64,000 nucleotides of DNA from Sphingobium sp. (GTDB lineage: Bacteria; Pseudomonadota; Alphaproteobacteria; Sphingomonadales; Sphingomonadaceae). The DNA lies in the NCBI RefSeq assembly GCF_033795625.1, contig NZ_JARYGI010000015.1, forward strand, positions 7,518 to 71,517, written 5' to 3'. The position numbers and the translations under genes are program-made. Shown here piece after piece: positions 9,610 to 18,955 of the stretch (the stretch's first letter is position 1; each line of letters opens with the position of its first letter). The notes beneath the pieces were generated by a model that did no database searches, was not told where the DNA came from, and was given only the letters and a program-made list of their open reading frames with translations.

Positions 9610-10509
9610 ATGCGTCGTCTGCCTGTTATCGCCTCCGCATTGGCGGCTGTTCTAACCTTCGCGCCGCAAGCGGTTGCCCAATCGGCGGCGCCAGTCCAGC
9701 AGCGAGTCGAGAAGCTCGAAAAAGAAATGCGCGCGGTCCAGCGCAAGGTGTTCCCCGGCGGCACTCCGATCGAGCCCGATATCACGCGCGCGCCTGTCCC
9801 GACCGAAGCGCCGGGCACGCCGGCCTCGACGCCAGTCGCCGATCTGATCGCGCGAGTCGATGCGCTGGAGGGCCAGCTTGCCACTCTGACTGGCCAGACG
9901 GAGCAGAACAGCTTCAAGATCAAGCAGCTGGAAGACGCCTTCGCCAAGTACAAGGCGGATGCCGATGCAAGGCTTTCGCCTGTCGATACCGCGCCTACGG
10001 CGGGTTCTGGGGCAAGCGATCCGGCTGCGGCCTTGAACGCCCCTCCCGCCGCGGCTCCTACCACTTCTGCAACACGCAGGGCGGAGGTCGCTGCGATCCA
10101 GTTGCCGGACACCGGCGATGCGGCGCTCGATGCCTACACTTATGGCTATCGGCTGTGGGAGGCGAAGTTCTTTCCCGAAGCGCAGGCTCAGCTGAAGTCT
10201 GCGCTGGACAAATATGGCACTGCGCCCACCGCCAGCCGCACTGCCAATTTGCTGGGCCGCGCCTATCTCGATGACGGGAAGCCCGCGCTGGCGTCCGTCG
10301 CCTTCTACGACAATTATCAGAAGCGTCCCAAGGGCGACCGCGCCGCCGACAGCCTGACTTGGCTGGGCGAAGCGCTGATCCAGTTGAAGAAGCCTGCCGA
10401 CGCCTGCAAGGTCTACAGCGAACTTGAACAGGTCTATGGCGGATCGCTGAACGCGACTCAGCGGAGCATGATGACGAAGGGCCGCGACCGCGCAAAATGC
10501 GCAGCGTGA
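9610..10509 (+). CDS. cpoB: Tol-Pal system protein YbgF/CpoB (signal peptide, coiled coil, TPR)
   Basis: Signal 'MRRLPVIASALAAVLTFAPQAVAQ', coiled-coil 'VEKLEKEMRAVQRKV...LEGQLATLTGQTEQNSFKIKQLED', C-terminal TPR-like 'AYTYGYRLWEAKFFPEAQ'. Sits upstream of tilS-ftsH, as usual. Confidence 0.8.
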   Translation: MRRLPVIASALAAVLTFAPQAVAQSAAPVQQRVEKLEKEMRAVQRKVFPGGTPIEPDITRAPVPTEAPGTPASTPVADLIARVDALEGQLATLTGQTEQNSFKIKQLEDAFAKYKADADARLSPVDTAPTAGSGASDPAAALNAPPAAAPTTSATRRAEVAAIQLPDTGDAALDAYTYGYRLWEAKFFPEAQAQLKSALDKYGTAPTASRTANLLGRAYLDDGKPALASVAFYDNYQKRPKGDRAADSLTWLGEALIQLKKPADACKVYSELEQVYGGSLNATQRSMMTKGRDRAKCAA

Positions 10510-10515
10510 CGGGAT

Positions 10516-11454
10516 GTGGCTGAGGCGCAGGTCCGTCGTTTTCGGGGAGCTATCGACCGACTGACCGGCGCTGCAGCCGCGGACCGCTTTGGTATTGCGG
10601 TGTCGGGCGGGCCGGACAGCATGGCGCTGCTGTGGCTGGCATCGGCGGCTTTTCCGGGACGGGTAGAAGCCGCCACCGTGGATCATGGATTGCGCGCTGC
10701 GTCGACGGAAGAGGCGGCGATGGTCGGCAATTATTGCGCCGGGCAGGGGATCGTGCATAGCGTTCTGCATCCGGCCGAACCTATCACTGGCAACATCCAG
10801 TCTGCTGCACGAGCCGCGCGCTATGCTCTGCTGAACACATGGCGTGAAGAGCGGGACCTCGACTGGCTGCTGACGGCGCATCATGCCGACGACCAGTTGG
10901 AGACGGTTCTGATGCGGCTCAATCGCGGGTCCGGTGTTGCCGGATTGGCGGGAGTGCGCGCGCGGAGCGGCAATGTCCTGCGTCCGCTGCTGGGCTGGCG
11001 GAAGGCGGAGTTGCAGGCTCTGGTGGACGCGCAGGGCGTTCCTTTCGTTCAGGACCCGAGCAACACGGACTCGCGCTTCGATCGTGCTGCCTTGCGCAAG
11101 CGTCTGGTGGACGTCGATTGGCTGGACCCCGTTGCCGCCACCCGGAGCGCTGCCGCGCTGGCAGATGCAGAAGACGCTTTGCAGTGGCTGGTTGATGGGC
11201 TGGCGACGCGACATGTGGTGCGAGAAGTGGACGGCTGGCGATTGAACCAACCGGCCTTTCCGCGCGAAGTGCAGCGGCGGTTGGTGCTCCACATGCTGAA
11301 CTTGGCGGCACCGGAATCGCCAACGCCGCGGGGCGACGCGCTGGACGCTGCGCTCGTCCAACTCAACGCGGGTGGGAAGACGATGCTGGGCGACTGGCTG
11401 CTGGAAGGCGGAAGCCACTGGACGCTCAGGCCTGCACCGCCTCGAAGGAGCTAA
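10516..11454 (+). CDS. tilS: tRNA(Ile)-lysidine synthetase
   Basis: PP-loop 'GIAVSGGPDSMALL', 'LTAHHADDQLETVLMRLNRGSG'. GTG start. Position upstream of ftsH. Confidence 0.85.
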   Translation: MAEAQVRRFRGAIDRLTGAAAADRFGIAVSGGPDSMALLWLASAAFPGRVEAATVDHGLRAASTEEAAMVGNYCAGQGIVHSVLHPAEPITGNIQSAARAARYALLNTWREERDLDWLLTAHHADDQLETVLMRLNRGSGVAGLAGVRARSGNVLRPLLGWRKAELQALVDAQGVPFVQDPSNTDSRFDRAALRKRLVDVDWLDPVAATRSAAALADAEDALQWLVDGLATRHVVREVDGWRLNQPAFPREVQRRLVLHMLNLAAPESPTPRGDALDAALVQLNAGGKTMLGDWLLEGGSHWTLRPAPPRRS

Positions 11455-11457
11455 AGA

Positions 11458-11766
11458 TCAGCGCCACGCAGTGAGCGCCGTCGCCAGGATAGCGGAGGCG
11501 GCAATGGCGGTCAGTGTCTCGACGATGGAATGGTGATTCCATTCCCAGAACTTCATGCCTTCATATCCCGGCATGTTCCGGCGCAGGCCATTGCCGAACG
11601 CTTCGATCCATTGATATTCACGCTGCGTGATTTCGCGCATCACGCAGACGGCAGACCCTGCAAAGCAACCGATCCAGATCGACGCCCGGGTCGGTGCGCC
11701 GAGCAAATAGCCGATGAGCCAGCAGACCGCCTGTATGCCGAGGGCAATGGGAACGTGAATGAACAT
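11458..11766 (-). CDS. Hypothetical small membrane protein (102 aa)
   Basis: ATG start, GC-rich third positions, 2-3 hydrophobic segments ('IALGIQAVCWLIGYLLG', 'IWIGCFAGSAVCVM', 'LTAIAASAILATALTAW'). No family recognised. Confidence 0.45.
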   Translation of the reverse strand: MFIHVPIALGIQAVCWLIGYLLGAPTRASIWIGCFAGSAVCVMREITQREYQWIEAFGNGLRRNMPGYEGMKFWEWNHHSIVETLTAIAASAILATALTAWR

Positions 11767-11996
11767 GCGCCTGAAACGCTCTCCTGTGTCGCCGGTTTCC
11801 CGTGTGCGGACGCCACGATGGCGGCGTTCATGCCCAGGGACAAGGCGCTCCGGCGCAAAGACGTTTCGCTAGTCACACATTCACCATAGTGAAATACCTT
11901 ATGTTCTAATTCTTTGCGTGCCGATGAGCATAGCGGGCGACTCATATTGCCATTTGTCCCCCGCGCCCTATCTTGGCCTCAAGAAAGCGAGATGGC

Positions 11997-13946
11997 ATGA
12001 ACGACGACAAGGAACCGCAGGGCAACCCCTGGATCAAGAGCGCGATGATATGGGCAGGCGTCATCGTCGCCCTGTTGCTGTTCGTGTCGATGTTCGACAG
12101 CCGTACTGCAGCGACGTCCGGCACGGGCATCGCCTATTCCGAATTCCGGCAGAAAGTGCAGGACGGGCAGGTCAAGGAAGTGGCCGTTGCACCCGACCGG
12201 ATCACCGGCACCCTGACCAACGACCAGCGTTTCTCCACCGTTCCCGTCGCGGACCCCGGCCTCACCGGCTTGCTCGACGACTACGGCGTCAAATATAGTG
12301 GCCAGCAGGAGGAGCAACCAAGCTTCTGGATGATCCTGATCTACCAGTCGCTGCCGTTCCTGCTGATCCTGGGCATTGCCTTCTTCGTTCTGCGGCAGAT
12401 GCAGAAGGGTGGCGGCGCAGGCGGTGCGATGGGCTTCGGCAAGTCGAAGGCCAAGCTGCTGACCGAGAAGCATGGCCGCGTGACGTTTCAGGATGTCGCG
12501 GGCATCGATGAAGCGCGCGAGGAACTGGAAGAAATCGTCGAGTTCCTGAAGGACCCGACCAAATTTGCGCGGTTGGGCGGCAAGATCCCCAAGGGCGCGC
12601 TGCTGGTCGGCTCGCCGGGTACGGGCAAGACGCTGCTGGCGCGGGCGATTGCAGGTGAAGCGGGTGTTCCTTTCTTCACGATCTCGGGCTCCGACTTCGT
12701 GGAAATGTTCGTGGGCGTCGGTGCGAGCCGCGTGCGTGACATGTTCGAGCAGGCGAAGAAGAATGCGCCCTGCATCGTCTTCATCGACGAAATCGATGCG
12801 GTCGGTCGTCATCGCGGCGCGGGCCTCGGCAATGGCAATGACGAGCGCGAGCAGACTCTGAACCAGCTTCTGGTCGAAATGGACGGCTTCGAAGCCAATG
12901 AAGGCATCATCATCGTTGCGGCGACAAACCGTCCTGACGTGCTTGATCCCGCTCTCCTGCGTCCGGGCCGCTTCGACCGGCAGGTCGTCGTGCCCCGTCC
13001 CGATATCGAGGGCCGCGAGAAGATCCTGGCTGTGCATATGAAGAAGGTGCCGCTGGCGCCCGACGTCAACGCGCGCACGATCGCACGCGGTACGCCCGGC
13101 TTCTCCGGCGCGGACTTGGCTAACCTTGTCAACGAAGCGGCGCTGATGGCGGCGCGGCGTGGCAAACGTCTGGTGGCGATGGACGAGTTCGAAGCGGCCA
13201 AGGACAAGGTTATGATGGGTGCGGAACGCCGCTCCATGGTCATGACCGACGACGAGAAGAAGATGACGGCCTATCATGAAGCGGGCCATGCGATCGTCGC
13301 GGTCCATGAACCGGCGTCCGACCCGATCCACAAGGCCACGATCATTCCGCGCGGCCGTGCGCTGGGTATGGTGATGCGCCTGCCGGAACGGGACAGCTAC
13401 AGCTATCATCGCGACAAGATGCACGCGAACTTGGCAGTGTCCATGGGCGGGCGCGTCGCCGAGGAAATCATCTTCGGCTATGACAAGGTGTCCTCGGGCG
13501 CGTCGGGCGACATCCAGTACGCGACCAAGCTGGCTCGCGACATGGTGACGCAGTGGGGCATGTCCGACGTGCTCGGGCCGCTACAATATGAGGAACAGCA
13601 GGGCGAGACGTTCCTGGGCTACTCGCAGAGCCAGCGCACGCACATGGCTGACGAAACCGCGAAACTGATCGACAAGGAAATCCGTTCGATCGTCGATGCG
13701 GGCTATGAAAAGGCCAAGGATGTGCTGACGACGCAGGTAGATCAGCTTCATCTGCTGGCCAATGCGCTGCTGGAATATGAAACGCTCTCGGGCGATGAGA
13801 TCAAGACGCTGCTCGACAAGGGCGAGATCACGCGCGACGACGGCACGACGATCCGGCCCTCGGCCATTCCGGTTGCTGGCACGGCGATCCCGAAGACGCG
13901 CCGCCGCAAGGGGCCGTTCGGCGATCCGGCACCGCAGGGGGCTTGA
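11997..13946 (+). CDS. ftsH: ATP-dependent zinc metalloprotease FtsH
   Basis: Walker A '[13 protein letters not shown]', Walker B 'IVFIDEIDA', SRH, zinc site 'HEAGHAIV'. ATG at 11997 chosen inside the TTG-initiated ORF. Confidence 0.97.
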   Translation: MNDDKEPQGNPWIKSAMIWAGVIVALLLFVSMFDSRTAATSGTGIAYSEFRQKVQDGQVKEVAVAPDRITGTLTNDQRFSTVPVADPGLTGLLDDYGVKYSGQQEEQPSFWMILIYQSLPFLLILGIAFFVLRQMQKGGGAGGAMGFGKSKAKLLTEKHGRVTFQDVAGIDEAREELEEIVEFLKDPTKFARLGGKIPKGALLVGSPGTGKTLLARAIAGEAGVPFFTISGSDFVEMFVGVGASRVRDMFEQAKKNAPCIVFIDEIDAVGRHRGAGLGNGNDEREQTLNQLLVEMDGFEANEGIIIVAATNRPDVLDPALLRPGRFDRQVVVPRPDIEGREKILAVHMKKVPLAPDVNARTIARGTPGFSGADLANLVNEAALMAARRGKRLVAMDEFEAAKDKVMMGAERRSMVMTDDEKKMTAYHEAGHAIVAVHEPASDPIHKATIIPRGRALGMVMRLPERDSYSYHRDKMHANLAVSMGGRVAEEIIFGYDKVSSGASGDIQYATKLARDMVTQWGMSDVLGPLQYEEQQGETFLGYSQSQRTHMADETAKLIDKEIRSIVDAGYEKAKDVLTTQVDQLHLLANALLEYETLSGDEIKTLLDKGEITRDDGTTIRPSAIPVAGTAIPKTRRRKGPFGDPAPQGA

Positions 13947-13962
13947 ACTTCGTAATGGTCTG

Positions 13963-13995
13963 AAAGGGCGGTGTCTCCGGACATCGCCCTTTTTC
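13963..13995 (+). terminator. Rho-independent-type hairpin downstream of ftsH, possibly bidirectional (a convergent gene ends at 14003)
   Basis: 12-bp stem, 13963-13974 'aaagggcggtgt' pairing with 13981-13992 'acatcgcccttt' (one G-U). 6-nt loop. T-run 'cccttttt'. Confidence 0.5.
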
Positions 13996-14002
13996 GTGGC
14001 CG

Positions 14003-15469
14003 CTATCCCTCCGCTGCTGCGGTGCTTAGCCCGAGTTCAGGTACGCCGATCGAGCGGCGGCCGCCGAAGTCGGTGCGGGCGACGATGACGCCCTGCTTCT
14101 CCATATATTCGATCAGCCGCCGCACGCGGCCCTGCGAACTGGTGCCATAGGCGCGGGCTAGCGCCTCGTCGTCCGGGCAAGGTTCGCCGGTAAGCGCCGC
14201 ATGCGCAATCAACAGGAACGGCGCGAGCATGTCTTCCGGCAAACGGCCGGCGGCGGAGAGCGGCAATTCCCAGCGCGGGTCCATAGGATCGAACATGCCG
14301 GCCTGCGCCATCGCAAAGCGGCGGCGGAAGGCGGGGAGGTCCAACGGCACCTTGGTCAAGCGGTGCATGCGGCAGCGGACGGTGAAGTCCTGATACAGCA
14401 CAGCCATCGACTGGAAGGCGCTGCCCGGATCACCTACCATTTCCTGTAACACCGTGATCACGGCGGTATCGGAAGCTGCCTGGTCGGGCTGGGGCTCTGC
14501 GGCCCGCTCGGCGGCGGGAACGGAGAGATCGGGGCCCGAGATGCTGCGGATCAGATCCTCTGCCGCGATGGGTTGAGGCTTGGGTTCGGGGCGAGGCGGC
14601 GGCGCATCTGCCTCCATTTCGGCGAACAGCATCGCCTGCACATTACCGCCCGTAACCGTCTGCGGCAGGGGCATCAGCCCATGGGTGCCGGTCCGCGTGC
14701 TGGTCTGCACCGCGCCGATCTTTACCGATATGGGCCGGCGGCTGATAGCCGGGCCGAGGGCGAGGAAACGTCCGCGCTCCAAGTCGCGAATCTGTTCGGC
14801 CTGCCGTCGCTCCATGCCCAGCAAGTCGGCGGCACGGGCCATGTCGATGTCGAGGAAGGTCCGGCCCATCAGGAAGTTGCTGGCCTCCGCCGCGACATTC
14901 TTGGCGAGCTTGGCGAGGCGCTGCGTCGCTATCACGCCCGCGAGGCCACGCTTGCGCCCCCGGCACATCAGGTTCGTCATCGCGGCCAGCGACACACGCC
15001 GCGCGTCCTCCGAAACGTCGCCCGCCGCGGCAGGCGCGAACATCTGTGCCTCGTCCACCACGACGAGTGCGGGATACCAATGATCGCGGGGGGCATCGAA
15101 CAGAGCATTCAGGAAGATCGCCGCGCATTTCATCTGCGCATCCACTTCCAGCGATTCGAGGTTCAGCACGACCGAAGCGCGGTGTTCGCGGATGCGCGCC
15201 CCAAGCGCCGCGATTTCCCGCTCATTATATGCGCCCGCATCGATGGCGACATGGTCGAAGCTGTCGGCGAGCGTCACGAAATCGCCTTCCGGATCGATCA
15301 CGACCTGCTGCACCAGCCGGGCGCTCTCCTCCAGCAATCGCCGCAAAAGATGGGATTTGCCCGATCCTGAGTTTCCCTGCACGAGCAGACGCGTGGCCAG
15401 CAGTTCCTCGACGTCCATCCGGACGCTCTGGCCTGCACTATCCGTCCCGATTTCGATTCCCGCCGTCAC
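14003..15469 (-). CDS. HerA/FtsK-clade (DUF87-like) P-loop ATPase with Pro-rich linker and C-terminal winged-helix-like domain. Start uncertain (GTG 15469 or ATG 15418).
   Basis: Walker A 'VQGNSGSGKSHLLRRLLEE', Walker B 'PALVVVDEAQMF', 'VIATQRLAKL' (the TQR motif typical of HerA/FtsK). Linker 'DAPPPRPEPKPQP'. C-terminus 'YGTSSQGRVRRLIEYMEKQGVIVARTDFGGRRSIGV'. The long ORF start at 15649 would overlap ppc. Confidence 0.75.
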   Translation of the reverse strand: MTAGIEIGTDSAGQSVRMDVEELLATRLLVQGNSGSGKSHLLRRLLEESARLVQQVVIDPEGDFVTLADSFDHVAIDAGAYNEREIAALGARIREHRASVVLNLESLEVDAQMKCAAIFLNALFDAPRDHWYPALVVVDEAQMFAPAAAGDVSEDARRVSLAAMTNLMCRGRKRGLAGVIATQRLAKLAKNVAAEASNFLMGRTFLDIDMARAADLLGMERRQAEQIRDLERGRFLALGPAISRRPISVKIGAVQTSTRTGTHGLMPLPQTVTGGNVQAMLFAEMEADAPPPRPEPKPQPIAAEDLIRSISGPDLSVPAAERAAEPQPDQAASDTAVITVLQEMVGDPGSAFQSMAVLYQDFTVRCRMHRLTKVPLDLPAFRRRFAMAQAGMFDPMDPRWELPLSAAGRLPEDMLAPFLLIAHAALTGEPCPDDEALARAYGTSSQGRVRRLIEYMEKQGVIVARTDFGGRRSIGVPELGLSTAAAEG

Positions 15470-15575
15470 TTCGCTGCCATGGCCCAGAGCGCGGCGCACA
15501 GGCAAGGGGGCATGAGATAAGCCGCTGAGGTGAATGCTGCTTGACCGTGTCTCTGTTGCGTTGCAGCATCGTGCG

Positions 15576-18260
15576 ATGGCCAGTATTCTCCCTATCACGC
15601 AGAATCCCGACATCCGCTTTTTGGGCCGCCTTCTGGGCGATGTCATCAAGGCTTATGGAGGCGAGAAGCTTTATCGTCAGACGGAATATATCCGCTCCGC
15701 CTCTGTCGATAGGGCGCGGGGCGTGGCCGGGGCCGATCTGGTGGACACGGGACTCGATGCGCTCAGTCTCGATGATACGCTGGCCTTCGTGCGCGGGTTC
15801 ATGCTGTTTTCGATGCTCGCCAACCTGGCAGAGGATCGGCAGGGAATCTCGGTGGAGCCTGGCGCGGATCTGGCGTCCGCCGTTGCCGCGCTGGAGGCGC
15901 ATGGCATATCGAAGGATGCGGTTCTTGCTCTGCTGGATACGGCGCTGATCGTGCCCGTCATGACCGCGCATCCTACCGAAGTGCGCCGCAAGAGCATGAT
16001 CGACCATAAGAATCGTATCGCCGACCTGATGCAGCTGATGGACAGCGGTAAGACCGAAACCGACAATGGCGAGCAGATCGAGGAAGCCATTGCGCGGCAG
16101 ATCGCCCTGCTATGGCAGACACGGCCGCTGCGGCGCGAGCGGCTATATGTGCAGGACGAGATCGAGAATGTGCTCGCCTACTTTCGTGACGTGTTCCTGC
16201 CGGTGCTGCCCGCGCTCTATGCGCGGTGGGAGCGGGTGCTGGGCGCCCGCCCGCAGAGCTTCCTGCGCGTCGGAAACTGGATCGGCGGCGACCGGGACGG
16301 CAATCCCTATGTGCAGGCGGAGCAACTCAAGTTCGCACTCTCTCGGGCGTGTGAAGCGGCGCTTACTTTCTATCTCGATGCGGTTCATGCTTTGGGCGCG
16401 GAGCTGTCTATCTCCACCGAGCTTGCGCAGGTGCCGCAAGCTGTCCTCGATCTTGCCGAGAAAAGCGGGGATACATCGCCCAGCCGCAAGGATGAGCCCT
16501 ATCGCCGGGCGCTGACCGGCATCTACTCGCGACTCTGTGCGTCTTATGTGGCGCTTACCGGCAAGCAGCCCGCCCGGCCTTCGAGTTTGGTGGCGGAAGC
16601 GTATGAGGAGCCGACGGCCTTGCGCCGCGACCTCGCGTTGATCGCGCAGGGGCTGGCCAGCGAGTCGAGCGGCGTGCTTGCCACCGGCGGCGCGCTGGGG
16701 CGGCTCATTCGGGCAGTCGAGACCTTCGGTTTCCACCTCGCCACGCTGGACATGCGGCAGAACAGCGATGTGCATGAGCGCGTCGTCGCCGAATTGCTGA
16801 AGCAGGCGGGCGTCGAAGCCGACTATGCGGCGCTCGACGAGTTTGCGCGGATCGCGCTGCTGCGGCGGGAACTAGCGAGCAATCGGCCGCTCGGTTCGCG
16901 CTTTGCCGGCTACAGCGAGGAGACGGCGTCGGAACTCGCCATCGTCCATGCGGCGGCGGACGCGTTGAAGACCTACGGCCCGCAGTGCATCACCCATTAT
17001 ATCATCAGCAAGGCCGAGAGCGTGTCGGACATGCTGGAGGTCAACATCATCCTCAAGGAAGCAGGCTTATGGCAGGCTGGCGTCGATGGCGCGCCGCCCC
17101 AGGCCACGATCATGTCCGTGCCCCTGTTCGAAACCATTGCCGATCTTGAAGCTGCGCCATCCATCATGACGGCCTATTTCGGCCTGCCGGAGATTGGCGG
17201 CATCGTGACGCGGCGCGGCCATCAGGAAGTGATGATCGGCTATTCCGACAGCAACAAGGATGGCGGCTATCTGACGTCCACCTGGGGGCTGCATCAGGCG
17301 TCGAAGGCGCTGGAGCCGGTGTTCGCGCAGGTGGGCACGGCGATGCAGCTGTTTCACGGACGCGGCGGCGCTGTAGGGCGGGGCGGCGGTTCCTCCTTCG
17401 CGGCGATTAGAGCGCAGCCGCCGGGCACGGTCCAGGGCCGCATCCGTGTCACGGAGCAAGGCGAGATCATCGCGGCCAAGTTCGGCACGCGCGATGTCGC
17501 CGCCGTCAATCTGGAGGCGATGACGAGTGCGACGCTGCTTGCCAGCCTTGAGCCGGAAGCGCTTTCGGAGAAGGATGCGGCGCGCTTTGCGACCGCGATG
17601 GACCAGTTGTCGAGCGGCGCATTCACGGCCTATCGTGCGCTGGTATATGGCACGGAGGGGTTCAAGGAGTTCTTCCGTGAACTGACGCCGATCCAGGAAA
17701 TTTCGGGTCTCAAGATCGGATCGCGCCCTGCCAGCCGCACCAAGAGCACGCGCATCGAGGATTTGCGGGCTATCCCCTGGGTGTTCAGCTGGGCGCAGGC
17801 GCGCGTGATGCTGCCGGGCTGGTACGGCGTGGGGCATGCACTGTCCGACTTCGAGGACAAGGCGCTGCTGGCTGACATGGTGCAGGCGTGGCCGTTCTTC
17901 CGTTCGGCCATGGCGAACCTGGAGATGGTGCTGGCCAAGTCCGACCTAGGAATTGCCCGCCGCTACTTGCCGCTCGTGCAGGATCAGGCCGCGGCAGACA
18001 GCATTTTCGGACGCATAGCCGAGGGATGGAGCAAGACCCACGACGAATTGCTTGCGCTGACCGGCCAGTCGCGGCTGCTGGAGAAGAACCCGGCGCTGGA
18101 AACGTCGATCCGGCTGCGGCTTCCCTATATCGAGCCACTCAATCTGCTTCAGATCGAGCTGCTGAAGCGGCACCGGGCAGGCGAGGACGACGCGCGGATC
18201 AAGGAAGGCATAGAGCTGTCGATCAACGCCATCGCCACGGCTCTGCGGAACAGCGGCTAA
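15576..18260 (+). CDS. ppc: Phosphoenolpyruvate carboxylase
   Basis: 'VMTAHPTEVRRKS', 'GYSDSNKDGGYLTS', 'FHGRGGAVGRGGG', C-terminal 'TALRNSG'. 894 aa from the ATG at 15576. Confidence 0.95.
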   Translation: MASILPITQNPDIRFLGRLLGDVIKAYGGEKLYRQTEYIRSASVDRARGVAGADLVDTGLDALSLDDTLAFVRGFMLFSMLANLAEDRQGISVEPGADLASAVAALEAHGISKDAVLALLDTALIVPVMTAHPTEVRRKSMIDHKNRIADLMQLMDSGKTETDNGEQIEEAIARQIALLWQTRPLRRERLYVQDEIENVLAYFRDVFLPVLPALYARWERVLGARPQSFLRVGNWIGGDRDGNPYVQAEQLKFALSRACEAALTFYLDAVHALGAELSISTELAQVPQAVLDLAEKSGDTSPSRKDEPYRRALTGIYSRLCASYVALTGKQPARPSSLVAEAYEEPTALRRDLALIAQGLASESSGVLATGGALGRLIRAVETFGFHLATLDMRQNSDVHERVVAELLKQAGVEADYAALDEFARIALLRRELASNRPLGSRFAGYSEETASELAIVHAAADALKTYGPQCITHYIISKAESVSDMLEVNIILKEAGLWQAGVDGAPPQATIMSVPLFETIADLEAAPSIMTAYFGLPEIGGIVTRRGHQEVMIGYSDSNKDGGYLTSTWGLHQASKALEPVFAQVGTAMQLFHGRGGAVGRGGGSSFAAIRAQPPGTVQGRIRVTEQGEIIAAKFGTRDVAAVNLEAMTSATLLASLEPEALSEKDAARFATAMDQLSSGAFTAYRALVYGTEGFKEFFRELTPIQEISGLKIGSRPASRTKSTRIEDLRAIPWVFSWAQARVMLPGWYGVGHALSDFEDKALLADMVQAWPFFRSAMANLEMVLAKSDLGIARRYLPLVQDQAAADSIFGRIAEGWSKTHDELLALTGQSRLLEKNPALETSIRLRLPYIEPLNLLQIELLKRHRAGEDDARIKEGIELSINAIATALRNSG

Positions 18261-18337
18261 AGCGCTCGCTGTTCGTTCACAACCAATTCAACCGCGGGAC
18301 GTTATTCTATCATATGATCTGAATAAGGAGAAAGCCC

Positions 18338-18955
18338 ATGGCTTCCCGTTCATTACGTTTGACGTTCGTCGGACTGCTTGCCGCGCTCAGCGTCGGCGGT
18401 TGTGCTTATGACGATGGCTATGGTTACGGCGGGATGTCCGTCGGCACCGGACATTATGCGGGGAATTACGGTCCAGGCGGCTATTACGATCCGAGCTATT
18501 ATGGCGGCTGGTATAATGACTTCTACTATCCCGGCACAGGCTATTATGTGATCGACCGGGGTGGACGCCGCCATCGCTGGAACGACAACCAGCGCTCCTA
18601 TTGGGAAGCGCGTCGGCAGCAATATCGCGGGCGTCAGCAGGCGGGCAGGCCCGATGCTCGGCCGGGACGCGGCACCTACCGCCGGCCGGATCGCGCAGTA
18701 GAGGGGCAGCCGGGCCGTAATTTCGAGGGCAGGCGGCAGTGGCGCCGCGATGGGCGGCCTGACATGGGCGCTAATCCCGCAGACCGCGCGCAGGCTCCGC
18801 GCGCCGTGCCTGCGGATCGTCCTGCCTTACGCGAAAGATGGCGTGGCGGTGACGCTGGCGCTGCAGCACGTGCGGCTCGTCCTGAAGGCGGCGCGCGAGC
18901 GGGTGGCTGGCGCGGATCGCCCCGTAGCAATGGTCGCCAGCAGCGGCCGCAATAA
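18338..18955 (+). CDS. Hypothetical lipoprotein: Gly/Tyr-rich N-terminal part and Arg-rich low-complexity tail
   Basis: Lipobox 'LAALSVGGC', then 'GYGYGG...GGYYDPSYYGGWYNDFYYPGTGYY', then an R/Q/G/P-rich tail. RBS-like 'aaggaga' precedes the ATG. Confidence 0.6.
   Translation: MASRSLRLTFVGLLAALSVGGCAYDDGYGYGGMSVGTGHYAGNYGPGGYYDPSYYGGWYNDFYYPGTGYYVIDRGGRRHRWNDNQRSYWEARRQQYRGRQQAGRPDARPGRGTYRRPDRAVEGQPGRNFEGRRQWRRDGRPDMGANPADRAQAPRAVPADRPALRERWRGGDAGAAARAARPEGGARAGGWRGSPRSNGRQQRPQ

Noticed and set aside
9652-11418. 588-aa minus-strand ORF.
   Set aside because: Antisense to ybgF/cpoB and tilS, both of which have clear signatures. R/Q/A-rich nonsense-like translation.
11979-13424. 481-aa minus-strand ORF.
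   Set aside because: Antisense to ftsH. A shadow ORF.
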